In this document: positions 29,750-39,504 of the stretch, in pieces
Position numbering within the stretch: the first letter of the stretch is position 1
Layout: each line of letters opens with the position of its first letter
IMG/VR virus record: IMGVR_UViG_3300025789_000042
Coordinates: 1 to 59,290 of that record
Length of the DNA stretch: 59,290 nt
Origin: a virus
Taxonomy: Duplodnaviria > Caudoviricetes
Strand: one strand, 5' to 3'
Translations under genes and position numbers: made by a program
The notes under the pieces: model-generated
Database searches by the model: none
The model's input: the letters and a program-made list of their open reading frames with translations, nothing else
Told to the model about the DNA's origin: nothing

Positions 29750-30112
29750 ATGACACCTTCAGAAATTATCACTGCCGATTGCCAACAACATGGAGTCAAC
29801 CCTGAAAAGGTGTTGGCTTTTGTCGCTTCTGTGGTTCAAAAGGGTAAAGGCCATATCATGTCCGCAGGCAATAGCGTCCTGTTGATCCGAAACATCGACA
29901 AAAAAGATGCTGAACTGCATCTTTTCACTCAGGATTCCCCAATGCAATTGGTGCAGAGCTTGCCTCATTTCATCAGCATCATTCGCAAAACACCGGTTCG
30001 CTGCGTGTACGGCAAAGCGGACAATCCCGGGATTGTTCAAATGCTAAAACGCCTTGGTGTTAAAGTAGAACATTCAGATCGCCACCAATACAACTGGATG
30101 GCGAAAGTATGA
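29750..30112 (+). CDS. Hypothetical protein
   Basis: AGGA RBS; precedes the ejection genes. Confidence 0.65.
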   Translation: MTPSEIITADCQQHGVNPEKVLAFVASVVQKGKGHIMSAGNSVLLIRNIDKKDAELHLFTQDSPMQLVQSLPHFISIIRKTPVRCVYGKADNPGIVQMLKRLGVKVEHSDRHQYNWMAKV

Positions 30113-32196
30113 AATCTCATTTTCTTTTAGACATTCCTGATTTGCCAATTGGTGCGTTTGAGCATTGTGGCAACAGAAAGATAAAATTGTTTGGGCCAGC
30201 GGCGGCGGTAGTAAATGCTGTTGCAGATACCGCATCAAGCGTGGTCAACACAGTAGCCAACGTCGCTTCTAGCGTCGTAAACACGGCTGTCAACGTGGTT
30301 GACAGCGCCGTTACAAGCGCAGTCAATGACCCAATTGGAACAATCGCCAAAGTGGCTGCCGTGGCGACTGGCAACGCTGAATTGCTGCCTGCCATCTCGG
30401 CGGCTGACACGATTGCCAACGGTGGTAATTTAGGGCAAGCCCTTTCCAGTGCCGCCGTATCTGAAGCCGGCTTGCAGGCTGGCCAATACGTTAGTGGCGC
30501 CTTAACAGGCACACCTGCTGACGCCAGCGCCGCAACCACTGACACTGGCGCAGCAGCCGCCCCCACTGACACTGGCGCAGCAGCCGCCCCCAGTGACACA
30601 TCCTCTGGGTTGTCCCCCACCACGATCAAGGCTGCCAGCGCGGCGGCTTCTGGCGCGACTCAGGCTGCCCTGTCTGGCGGCAACCCAATCGCTGGCGCGG
30701 TGAACGCTGCCGCATCAAATTACGCCTCTGGCGCGCTCAATAGCGCAGTCAACGCGGGCGGCGCTTCTGGCGGCACACCTAGTGACACCCCCACGACCGC
30801 ACCAACAGATACCCCTAGTGCAGCATCGACCTACGTGGCGCCGGTGGACACCACTTTGACACCCCCTGTTGACACAACCTCCGGTGTTCAGGCGCCGGTA
30901 GACACTAGCGCGACAACCAACCTAACGCCTCCAATTGACACAACATCTGGCGTTCAACTGCCAGCGGACGCAGGCCCGATAGCAGCGTTGACGCCCACAG
31001 TCCCTGCGACCCCCGTGGCCGCGCCAACGCCGGCTGACACAACGACCCCCGTGGCCGCGCCAACGCCGGCTGCCAATGTGAATGTGCCTGTTGCCACAGC
31101 ACCAACCGATACAGGCATTGTCGAGTCCGTATCGCCTGTGGTTGACACAACACCCTTGGACGTTTCATTGGCGCCTGTGACTGGCTCACAAGTGCCTCTG
31201 GACACAACGGCGTCATACAATCTGGCAAACACCACACCAGTGGCTGCCGACACAGGTAATGCGACATATTCGCAGTCGCCCAATTTGACCTCCATGAATG
31301 GTGGGCAAGGCGTCACAGTACCCACGGTTACAGGGACAACCAGCGCGATCGGCACCACAGCAACTGGATCGTCTCCCAATCTGGGCGACCCAAATTCGAT
31401 CATCAACAATCCGAACGTGACTGGAACACCCGTTGCGCCAACGGACACATCCACCAACATTCCTACACCGAGTGTGTCGGCAAACTTGATTCCTGCTGCG
31501 GCAGCCACAAGCTTGACCAAATTAAATGGATCAGCATCGAGCAACACAGCGACTCCAACCCAGCAAGTTGCGCAACCCGAGCAACAAAGCTCGTCCCTGA
31601 TTTCAGACACAGCGCCAGCCCCGTTGAATCCTTTATTGTTTTCCTTGGCTGGGTTTCAAACACCACGATCAAAAACCACGGACTTCGGCGATTTGTCTCT
31701 CTTAACATCCATTTTTCATGGCGCTGGTGATGGCGATTTGTCTCCTTTGCAGTCGGATGTGACCACAGCGCCGACATACACTCAGGCAAACTCCTACGCG
31801 CCCACCACCGTGGCTTCTGTTCCCGCAGGCAACGACTATGTTGACCCAGCCCAAAATGTGGAGCCTTTGGCATCCTACGCACAAGGCGGTTTGACAATGG
31901 CGCACCCGGCGGGCGAACCTCAATTCCATTCCCAAGGCGGCTTGGGCAACATGCACGTCAAGGGTGACGGCGATGGCACCTCGGACAGCATTCCTGCCAT
32001 GGTGGCGCGCGACGAGTTTGTGTTGCCTGCCGATGTGGTGGCAGCGTTGGGTAATGGATCATCCGACGCTGGCGCGTCCAAACTTGATGAAATGGTGAAA
32101 GCGATCCGTTCGCGCGCCCATTCAGCTTCCCCCAGCGAACTGCCGCCCTCTGCGCATCAGTCGCCGCTAGATTATTTGAAAAAGGACCGAGCATGA
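30109..32196 (+). CDS. Putative internal virion/ejection protein
   Basis: Ala/Thr/Pro low complexity with short repeats; C-terminal GDGDGTSDSIPAM..EFVLPADVV motif. Confidence 0.65.
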   Translation: MKSHFLLDIPDLPIGAFEHCGNRKIKLFGPAAAVVNAVADTASSVVNTVANVASSVVNTAVNVVDSAVTSAVNDPIGTIAKVAAVATGNAELLPAISAADTIANGGNLGQALSSAAVSEAGLQAGQYVSGALTGTPADASAATTDTGAAAAPTDTGAAAAPSDTSSGLSPTTIKAASAAASGATQAALSGGNPIAGAVNAAASNYASGALNSAVNAGGASGGTPSDTPTTAPTDTPSAASTYVAPVDTTLTPPVDTTSGVQAPVDTSATTNLTPPIDTTSGVQLPADAGPIAALTPTVPATPVAAPTPADTTTPVAAPTPAANVNVPVATAPTDTGIVESVSPVVDTTPLDVSLAPVTGSQVPLDTTASYNLANTTPVAADTGNATYSQSPNLTSMNGGQGVTVPTVTGTTSAIGTTATGSSPNLGDPNSIINNPNVTGTPVAPTDTSTNIPTPSVSANLIPAAAATSLTKLNGSASSNTATPTQQVAQPEQQSSSLISDTAPAPLNPLLFSLAGFQTPRSKTTDFGDLSLLTSIFHGAGDGDLSPLQSDVTTAPTYTQANSYAPTTVASVPAGNDYVDPAQNVEPLASYAQGGLTMAHPAGEPQFHSQGGLGNMHVKGDGDGTSDSIPAMVARDEFVLPADVVAALGNGSSDAGASKLDEMVKAIRSRAHSASPSELPPSAHQSPLDYLKKDRA

Positions 32197-33110
32197 GTGC
32201 TTTTGATACCTCATCCACAGCAGCGACGACGCTGCCATCGTGGTTCACCTCTGCACAACAAAATATTGGTCAAGCCGCCACTGGCGCGCTGTCCAGCGCA
32301 GTCAACCCCCAAAGCACAGTGGCTCAGGGTTTGGTTGAGTCGCTGGGCTCCAATACAAACCCCTTCACCCAAGGCACGGCCACGTTGCAAAATATTGCAT
32401 CTGGTATCACCAATCCATGGTTGCCAAACGGCCAACCTAACACGGGCACAACCCTTGGTGGCCTGTTCGCTTCTGAAAACGCGCAACTCAATCAGATGTT
32501 GCCAACGATTGCATCAACGCAAGGTGCTGCGGGAATTGGCTCTGGTCAAACAGGCTCTTTGCGTGACCAAACAGCAATCGATGCGTCCAAAGCAGGCGCA
32601 TTGACTACATTGGCCGCAAACCAAAATACAACTGCTGAGAACGCATTGACTCAAGCCATCCAAGCAGAAGCTGGCGCAGGTAATCTTGGATCACAATATG
32701 GCACCACAGCACTCAACACAGCCAACTTCCAAGAGCTTGGTGCATTGCCTGCGGTCAACCAAGCGGCCACTGCACTGGGCAACATTGGCCAATCTGTGCC
32801 AAGAACGACAACAACGACAAACAACCAAGGATTGACCGCCAACCTGACACAAGCAGGCAACCTTGCCAACAACTTGGGCAACTTGGGTCAAGGGGCGTTA
32901 AACGCACTGACAGGCACAGGCTCATCAGCAAACTTGCCAAGCTGGTTGTCTAGTTTGTTGTCTTCATCCAGCACACCAACCTACACTGGCACCCCCCAAC
33001 CAATCGACACAAGCTCGTATGGTGGCGGCGGCGACTATTCAGGGTACACTACTGGTTCAGATACCAACGCCACATCGGTTGACGCAAATGGCAACCCAAT
33101 CACCCAGTAA
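32193..33110 (+). CDS. Putative ejection/DNA pilot protein
   Basis: Gly/Ala/Gln/Thr-rich; position in ejection cluster. Confidence 0.6.
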   Translation: MSAFDTSSTAATTLPSWFTSAQQNIGQAATGALSSAVNPQSTVAQGLVESLGSNTNPFTQGTATLQNIASGITNPWLPNGQPNTGTTLGGLFASENAQLNQMLPTIASTQGAAGIGSGQTGSLRDQTAIDASKAGALTTLAANQNTTAENALTQAIQAEAGAGNLGSQYGTTALNTANFQELGALPAVNQAATALGNIGQSVPRTTTTTNNQGLTANLTQAGNLANNLGNLGQGALNALTGTGSSANLPSWLSSLLSSSSTPTYTGTPQPIDTSSYGGGGDYSGYTTGSDTNATSVDANGNPITQ

Positions 33111-33118
33111 GGACAAAC

Positions 33119-34771
33119 ATGGCAGACACAGAAAACCAAAGCGGACTGGACGCAATTGATCAATCTTCTGACACGCCCGTAGTCAGCGGATTGAGTATTG
33201 CTGGCCAAAAGAAAGTGAGTCTTGGTGGTCCTCAAAGCCAAGAAGTCAAAGACCAACTCATGAAGATCATCCAGCAACGCGAAGCTGAGAAAAATAGCGT
33301 ACTGGGCAACTTTACAGAGAGTATGGCTCGGTTTGCAGGCCCTACCTCTGGCTGGGCCGGACAACAACAAGCGTACAATCAAACGCAAGAACAGCGTAAC
33401 AACGACATCACACAAGCTCGCGTTGCAATGGCAAACATTGACTCGCAACAAGCCCAACAAGCACAAGACCAAGCGGTGTTTAATCGCATCATCGGTGCAG
33501 GCGGCGCACAGCCTCAAGGGCAAGGTGCTTCACAGCCTCAAGGGCAAGGTGCTTCACAGCCTCAAGGGCAAGGTGCTTCACAGCCTCAAGGGCAAGGTGC
33601 TGCACAAGCCGATTTGGCTCCTATCCTTGGCGGTCAAGTGCCTTTGAGCCAAGAGCAACAATTGCAACTCTACGCACTGCATCGTGTCAACCCACAAGCT
33701 GCAATCACCAAAGCCATTGAGTTGCGCAAGCTGACCGACACTCAACGTGAGTTGGTGTCTGGTGGCGTTAAGCCCGGCTCAGATGCGTGGAACCGCGCTA
33801 TGATGCTGCATGCAGCCGGCGCCGGCGCATTCCAGCCTCATGAAATGAACGTGCCCGGCGGTACGGTGCAACAAACCCCATGGGAAGCTGTGCCAACGGC
33901 TGGGCAAGGCCCCGCACCTCAGTCTGGTGCTTTGCCTTCTGCTCCAGTGCCTGCGCCTACCCCTGCGCCGGCTGTGCGCGGTGGTGCGCTGCCTTCAACT
34001 CCCCCTGTTGCTCAGGCTCCAGCGCCAGCGCCAGCGCCTGCACCCGCGACAGGCACAGGGTTTATCCCCGGCTCTAAACAAGACTTGGCAATCCGCGAGG
34101 CTGAAGCCAAATCAAAAGCCGCCGGCTTGGAGGCCGAATCGCGCAAAGTGGGCGAGAACTATGCCGCACAACAAACCGCACATGAAACGGAAGCGATGAA
34201 CGCTCCTGACAATGCCGCACTGGCCCAACGCATGCAGCAAGACATCAAATCTTCAAACGGCGTGTTGGGCAAGTTGGCCAAGCCCGGCGCCATGAGCGCG
34301 TTCTTGGGCCTCGTGGACCAAGGCGTTCAACTGGGTGAGTTCGGCGCTGTCAAAATCCCCGGCCTGCAAGACACGTTGGTCAAACTCGACCCGGCGGCCA
34401 AAGACAAAAATGTCATGGACGCATACGTTCGTTTGGGTCGTGACTTGACAAAAATGCAACTGGACTACAGCCAGAAAGTGCTCAAGGGCCAAGGGTCTGT
34501 TTCTGACAATGAGCGTCGCTTGATGGCAGAAGTGATTGGCGACCGCGCGCATTCGACGCCTGCTTCGCTGATGCAAATGGCCAAAAGTGTTGAACTCGAA
34601 GCCCGCAACCGCGTGGAGCAAGATCGCTTATGGAAAGAAATGAAGAAAGCTGGCCATCGTTGGAGTGAATTCCAAGACAGCCCTGAACTGGCCGACATGC
34701 GCAAGAAACAGTTCTACCGCACAGCCAAAGTGTTTGGCCGCGCTGACGCTAAGTATCCCGGGGATCAATGA
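33119..34771 (+). CDS. Putative ejection protein
   Basis: Helical, Gln/Ala-rich; GQGSVSDNER motif. Confidence 0.6.
   Translation: MADTENQSGLDAIDQSSDTPVVSGLSIAGQKKVSLGGPQSQEVKDQLMKIIQQREAEKNSVLGNFTESMARFAGPTSGWAGQQQAYNQTQEQRNNDITQARVAMANIDSQQAQQAQDQAVFNRIIGAGGAQPQGQGASQPQGQGASQPQGQGASQPQGQGAAQADLAPILGGQVPLSQEQQLQLYALHRVNPQAAITKAIELRKLTDTQRELVSGGVKPGSDAWNRAMMLHAAGAGAFQPHEMNVPGGTVQQTPWEAVPTAGQGPAPQSGALPSAPVPAPTPAPAVRGGALPSTPPVAQAPAPAPAPAPATGTGFIPGSKQDLAIREAEAKSKAAGLEAESRKVGENYAAQQTAHETEAMNAPDNAALAQRMQQDIKSSNGVLGKLAKPGAMSAFLGLVDQGVQLGEFGAVKIPGLQDTLVKLDPAAKDKNVMDAYVRLGRDLTKMQLDYSQKVLKGQGSVSDNERRLMAEVIGDRAHSTPASLMQMAKSVELEARNRVEQDRLWKEMKKAGHRWSEFQDSPELADMRKKQFYRTAKVFGRADAKYPGDQ
33507..33601 (+). 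repeat. 24-bp tandem repeat x4 (QPQGQGAS)
   Basis: CACAGCCTCAAGGGCAAGGTGCTT x4. Confidence 0.9.
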
Positions 34772-36138
34772 TGGGGATGTTTGATTCACTCAACGAAAAG
34801 CAACGCGCCACCGCTGAGAAGGTGATGGCCTCTGCTGAGAAGTATGGTGTGCCCAAAACACTTGCTTTCGGTATGGCAATGCAGGAGAGTGGGTTTGACC
34901 AAAGCAAACATTCAAAAACAGGCCCTGTGGGCGTGATGATGCTTGGTCGTAAAGCCGCCAAAGACATGGGTGTTGACCGATACAACGAAGATGAGAACAT
35001 TGACGGCGGCATGCGCTACGCGCGCCAATTGCTCGACAAGCACAATGGCGACTGGGACAAAACTTTGGTGGCATACCATGATGGCCCCAACAGCCCGTAT
35101 TTCAAAGGCGGCGAGATGAGTCCCGAAGCCAAAACACACATTCAAAAAGTAAAAGGATATGCTGATATGGCAGGCCCTAATAGTACACAATTCAGCACCG
35201 ATGTTGAAGACATCGAGCCCTTGGATTTGTCTGGCATCAACGACACAACACAAACCGTGGATCAAGGCCGCGACATGGATGTCACCGATGCCATGTCCGG
35301 CGGCGCGGGCGCGCTTGCTGGCGCCATGGGCGGCGCTGATCGCAAACGCACAGAAGCCAACGTGCGCGCGCAGACAGCCAACGCCAATGTCGTGCGCGAT
35401 GCTAACCGTACTGCCCAATTGCAGCACCAAGATCAATTAAAGAATCTTGATCGCCAAGACAAGTATGCTCTTGAGTTGCGCAAAGCTGCAATGGAGCATG
35501 CAGCTGCAATGCAAAAAGCCTCAGAGCAAGCCGCAGCAACCGCGCAAAAGGCCGCAGGCCAAGACCCCCGCAATTGGATTCGAGGCCAGTTTGGTGGTGA
35601 TATTGCCGACGTGGAAGGCCGCAATGTGTTGAGCCAAGCCGAAGCCCAACAAGCCGGCACTCAAGGGGTTAGTCGTGTGCGTCAAGCTCAAAGCATGATG
35701 CCCGGCGCTGCGCCCGACCCAACAACTGGTTTGTGGCTTGGCCAAGATGTTCTGGCATCACGCCCTGCTGCACCAGTGCCGCAAGCGCCCAAGGTGCCAA
35801 ACTTCCCCATGCCCAAACCACTGCCGCGCCCTAACGCACCAGCCGCCTTGCCCGTCCCTCACATTGAGGCTGGCAGCCGAATTGGCAGTGCGTTGAACGC
35901 AGGCACTGGCGCCATCATGGGCCAACAAGCCAAAGAAGCCATTTTGGCAGCGCAAGAAGGAGACTATTTGCACTCCGGGTTGAGTGGTCTGGCTTCGGCA
36001 GGCGCCGGTGCAGCCACGTATTCTCGTAACCCAAAAACAAAAGCGATTGGTGCTGGTGTTGTGGCTGCTGCAAAAGGCGCGGACTACCTCAAAGACTACA
36101 TCATGAACAAGATTAACCCGCAACCTGCGGGGCAGTGA
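34768..36138 (+). CDS. Ejection protein with lytic transglycosylase (SLT) domain
   Basis: AMQESGF, GPVGVMML, NIDGGMRY, LVAYHDG. Confidence 0.85.
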   Translation: MMGMFDSLNEKQRATAEKVMASAEKYGVPKTLAFGMAMQESGFDQSKHSKTGPVGVMMLGRKAAKDMGVDRYNEDENIDGGMRYARQLLDKHNGDWDKTLVAYHDGPNSPYFKGGEMSPEAKTHIQKVKGYADMAGPNSTQFSTDVEDIEPLDLSGINDTTQTVDQGRDMDVTDAMSGGAGALAGAMGGADRKRTEANVRAQTANANVVRDANRTAQLQHQDQLKNLDRQDKYALELRKAAMEHAAAMQKASEQAAATAQKAAGQDPRNWIRGQFGGDIADVEGRNVLSQAEAQQAGTQGVSRVRQAQSMMPGAAPDPTTGLWLGQDVLASRPAAPVPQAPKVPNFPMPKPLPRPNAPAALPVPHIEAGSRIGSALNAGTGAIMGQQAKEAILAAQEGDYLHSGLSGLASAGAGAATYSRNPKTKAIGAGVVAAAKGADYLKDYIMNKINPQPAGQ

Positions 36139-36142
36139 TTTT

Positions 36143-36190
36143 AGGCTTGGAAGAAGAGCGGCCTAAGCCGCCCTCCAGCCTCTTTTATTT
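36143..36190. terminator. Hairpin at the convergence of the late and replication transcription units
   Basis: GCGGC-ctaa-GCCGC core within an imperfect longer stem, followed by TCTTTTATTTT. Confidence 0.55.
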
Positions 36191-38128
36191 TCTGTAGCGC
36201 GTATCGACCCATGACTCCGCCGCAAGAGGGAAATCAGGTGCCCACTTTGGCGGGGTTGTCAGTACAGTCATAAGCCGCTCCTCGGTGTATTTAGCATCCT
36301 CCACTAAACTTAATGTGAGGTTTTCATCATGGATCAGGTTGACTACCGCTATACCTTCAGCATCCAAAGCAAGCGCAGATTCAGCAAGAAAATCTCGTGC
36401 TGCGCCTTGTACGCTACTTTGAAAGATCGAGCTACCGATCAGCTTATTGCGCCCCCACTTGCGAGTGAAGGTGTTTTGGCTGGTGACGTAAACAACATCA
36501 GCAGGTTTTCCCCATGGTGTCAGCTCCTTACGGATGTCGGGTGCTTGCCAGCAAATTAAGCGTCCCGAGGGCAACTGCATCCACAGCACGTTGTTCGCCA
36601 CCTTCATCGTAACCCGGCCCGCCTTGAACGGCTGGCCGGGATTTTTTATGCAGTCAAGCGCGGCTTGGCCCATTTGATACCAGCAATTCTTCACCCGACC
36701 ATACGCCAAACGGTAGGCGTTCACGGCATCCTCTGCCTGCTCCAAGGTCAAAATCACCCCCATCGATTCCGCATAAGCCACGAGCCCTTTGGCTCCTTGG
36801 CCAAACATGCACCCAAGCACCGCCGACTTGCTGACTTGGCGCTGATCCTTTGTGACCTCTTCATAGGGCACGTAGTACAGGCTGGTTGACGCAAAGGTTT
36901 TGTACTCGTCCAACCCCAAGCGGAACAGCTCCAGTTTGTCAATTTGGTTGGCCATCCACGCGGAGACGCGGTTCTCAATCGAACTCAAGTCGGCATCGAC
37001 GTACACATAGCCCTCTGGCGCCTTGATGGCATTGCGGACAATCGATGAGCATGCCTCCATGGTCTTGTCGCCAAACCGCGCGCGCATGGCCTCGTAGTCC
37101 CCGCGCACCAGCGCCAGCTCAACTGCGTCGTTGATGTCTTGGTCTTTCATCCAGATTGCCGGACGTGCAATATTTTGCAGGTTGATCCCGCGACTGGCCC
37201 AGCGGCCCGTGGACGCGCCATGGTAGACGAGGCCATTTCGGATGCGCCCGCCAACCTGCATCTCGGCCATCTTGGCAAACTTGGTCACAGAGGTCTTAGC
37301 GCCCTCCATACGGAGCTTGAGCACTCGGTTGACAGTCTCGTCCCCATGGCCCTCTTTGGCAGCCTTTTCGATGGTTTCTGCGGTCATATCTGGCAAGTCC
37401 AACCCATGGTCGTAGAACCAGTTCTTGAGTTGGTCGCGCTTGCTCACCTCAATACCATCCGTCAACCCCATGATCTGCATGTTGATCGAATCCAATTCTT
37501 GCTGAACCACCGAGTCAACGCGGGCCAGCTCTTGTGGATCGACCGCAACACCGCGCTGGTTGATCTTCTGAGTGAGCACCCACACACTTTGCTCATGCGC
37601 GGAGAGTGGGCGCAAGGGCTCGACAACAGCAATCTCAGTCTGCACGTCACGGACGCAGTACTGGCGGAACTCTTCCAGCAACACCGGGTCGGTGTTGAAC
37701 GTGCCGTCTTTTTGGGGCTTGCTCAACAGCTGAATCAGCTTCTTGCCGCGCTTGTCTTTTTGAAACTGTGCGTTGGTGACTTCACCAGCGGTGTCCAAAT
37801 CCTGTGGCAGGTTGTTGGCCGCTGCAATGGCCATCGCGTCAATGCACTGTTCGAGCTTAAGCTCAGGCCAACCCAGCCGCGCGCCAACGCGGTTCCAGAT
37901 GTGGTACTCGAACGCCGCATTCCAAGCACGAATCAGGCCACCTTTGGCCACGTAAGTGAGTACCCACTCAGGGATGTCGTCGGTGAGCCAACCGTCAGTG
38001 TGTTCGGCGCGAAAGCCAGCGGCCAAACAAACAATCTCAGTGCTGGGGTCGCTGGAGTAGACATCAAGCCCGCGATCCTTCAAATCAATCCGGCTGCGTG
38101 TCTCAAAGTCGATGCTCAAAATCTTCAT
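36185..38128 (-). CDS. polA: DNA polymerase family A (SPO2-like) with 3'-5' exonuclease
   Basis: IDFET ExoI; motif A DADLSSIENRV; motif B RQVSKSAVLGCMFG; motif C IHDE. Confidence 0.93.
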   Translation of the reverse strand: MKILSIDFETRSRIDLKDRGLDVYSSDPSTEIVCLAAGFRAEHTDGWLTDDIPEWVLTYVAKGGLIRAWNAAFEYHIWNRVGARLGWPELKLEQCIDAMAIAAANNLPQDLDTAGEVTNAQFQKDKRGKKLIQLLSKPQKDGTFNTDPVLLEEFRQYCVRDVQTEIAVVEPLRPLSAHEQSVWVLTQKINQRGVAVDPQELARVDSVVQQELDSINMQIMGLTDGIEVSKRDQLKNWFYDHGLDLPDMTAETIEKAAKEGHGDETVNRVLKLRMEGAKTSVTKFAKMAEMQVGGRIRNGLVYHGASTGRWASRGINLQNIARPAIWMKDQDINDAVELALVRGDYEAMRARFGDKTMEACSSIVRNAIKAPEGYVYVDADLSSIENRVSAWMANQIDKLELFRLGLDEYKTFASTSLYYVPYEEVTKDQRQVSKSAVLGCMFGQGAKGLVAYAESMGVILTLEQAEDAVNAYRLAYGRVKNCWYQMGQAALDCIKNPGQPFKAGRVTMKVANNVLWMQLPSGRLICWQAPDIRKELTPWGKPADVVYVTSQNTFTRKWGRNKLIGSSIFQSSVQGAARDFLAESALALDAEGIAVVNLIHDENLTLSLVEDAKYTEERLMTVLTTPPKWAPDFPLAAESWVDTRYRK

Positions 38129-38304
38129 TTTTGCTCCCCAATGTTGAAATGTTTAAAAAGGGCTTTGGCCACAATGCTATCCAATTCGTCTTGCCCCTTT
38201 TGTTTATATTCAGCGTATTCTTTCTCCGACACTGGAACCCAGTCGTGATGCTCATCTTGCTTTAACCACCATGGTTTCCCATCTTTTTGTCCTAATACCC
38301 ACAT
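38125..38304 (-). CDS. Small hypothetical protein
   Basis: AAGGAG RBS; MWVLGQKDG... Confidence 0.55.
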   Translation of the reverse strand: MWVLGQKDGKPWWLKQDEHHDWVPVSEKEYAEYKQKGQDELDSIVAKALFKHFNIGEQK

Positions 38305-38340
38305 ATCAATTGCTCCTTGGCTGCGGACGAATCCGCGTTG

Positions 38341-38370
38341 AAAAAAAGGGTGGGACGTGAGCCCCACCCT
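38341..38370 (-). terminator. Rho-independent terminator
   Basis: AGGGTGGG/CCCACCCT stem with a U-run on the - strand. Confidence 0.7.
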
Positions 38371-38418
38371 GTAAAGCGCCCACCATCGGGCGCACACCAT
38401 GAACTCAACTTCAGTATA

Positions 38419-38655
38419 TCACACTTTTTCGTATGTGGCTTCAAAGATGTCTGGCTTGCATGGGTAGTGTTCGCCCTTGACGCCAGTGATGATCCAGTCG
38501 CCCGGCGTCACAACGTGACCTCCTTCAAGAGTATCTACCCAACCGCATTCGCCGTCATAAAATTTTGGTGCTGGTTTTCTTACAGCAGGATGGTCGCCCA
38601 TCTTGAACCATTGCGTAGCTTCAATTACAACGGGCTTTTTACGATACTCTGCCAC
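38419..38655 (-). CDS. Conserved phage protein (PGDWII..GEHYPCKPDIF family)
   Basis: Recognisable widespread phage motif. Confidence 0.8.
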   Translation of the reverse strand: MAEYRKKPVVIEATQWFKMGDHPAVRKPAPKFYDGECGWVDTLEGGHVVTPGDWIITGVKGEHYPCKPDIFEATYEKV

Positions 38656-38863
38656 TGTTCTTCTCCAGTTCGATTAGCATCTCAGCGAAGTGTTTGATCT
38701 TCTCCAAGTCCTTGATGCCGCCTTTGTCGCGCCAGCGTGTGGCGTACTTGACGATGCAGCCCTCAATGAAGGGCATGCTGTTGGCGTGGATGTACTCCAC
38801 GGGTTGGATTTTCAGTTTCTTGTAGTGGTCGCCCGCTACTTGAACGTCAAGAGGATTTGTCAT
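38639..38863 (-). CDS. DUF3310 (T7 gp1.7/SaV-like) protein
   Basis: QVAGDHY..IQPVEYI..GCIVKYATRW..KGGIKDLEK. Confidence 0.85.
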   Translation of the reverse strand: MTNPLDVQVAGDHYKKLKIQPVEYIHANSMPFIEGCIVKYATRWRDKGGIKDLEKIKHFAEMLIELEKNSGRVS

Positions 38864-39248
38864 CTTTTTTCTTCCCGAAAATTTTGTCCCAATTGTCCCG
38901 GAACTTATCAGGCTCCGGGATGGGTCTTGGTTTAGACCCTTTGCTCATCAGAACGCCCTCCAAGCGTAACGAGTGAGATGAATCATCAAACCCACCCAAA
39001 TGGAGAAACCCCATGAGCAGAATGCGATAGCCGCTACCCAACTCAGACTTTCAGTGATGAAGTTCATATCAGTAGTATCCTAAAACAGCGCCCAAGGGGA
39101 AAAGAAACAAACCCACAATACGCAAAACAAACATGGTGGTAATCTGCATGTCTGTTGTTTGGATCAACGTGATCAAATTGCTGATCCACCCCACGACTCC
39201 AAAAATCCACGCGGCGACAAAGACCAAGAGAACAAAAATACGTGACAT
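38847..39248 (-). CDS. Three tiny ORFs (38847-38948, 38948-39067, 39069-39248), two of them membrane peptides
   Basis: Read manually; abutting starts and stops; hydrophobic. Confidence 0.5.
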
Positions 39249-39249
39249 G

Positions 39250-39498
39250 TTAGTGACTCCAAGTTACTGCTTTGACGGCCCACATTTGAGCGGTCTGGAT
39301 TTCTGTGATTGCAATGCTCAACATACGGCGCACCTCTGCGCCCGATGTGTTCTCTTTGGCGGACAGCTGGCGCAGGGTTTCGAGTCCGTCAACCAGTTCC
39401 GCGCACTTGCGCTTGATGTCATCAACCACAGGATTGCCCCCGGGGTTGAATGAAACTCCACATGCCTTTTCTCCAAAAGTCAATTCACTCATTTTCAC
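39250..39498 (-). CDS. Acb2/Tad1-like helical hairpin protein (candidate anti-defence sponge)
   Basis: FNPGGNPVVDDIK...RMLSIAITEIQTAQMWAVKAVT resembles the C-terminal helix of the Acb2/Tad1 family. Confidence 0.6.
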   Translation of the reverse strand: MKMSELTFGEKACGVSFNPGGNPVVDDIKRKCAELVDGLETLRQLSAKENTSGAEVRRMLSIAITEIQTAQMWAVKAVTWSH

Positions 39499-39504
39499 TC
39501 CTTG

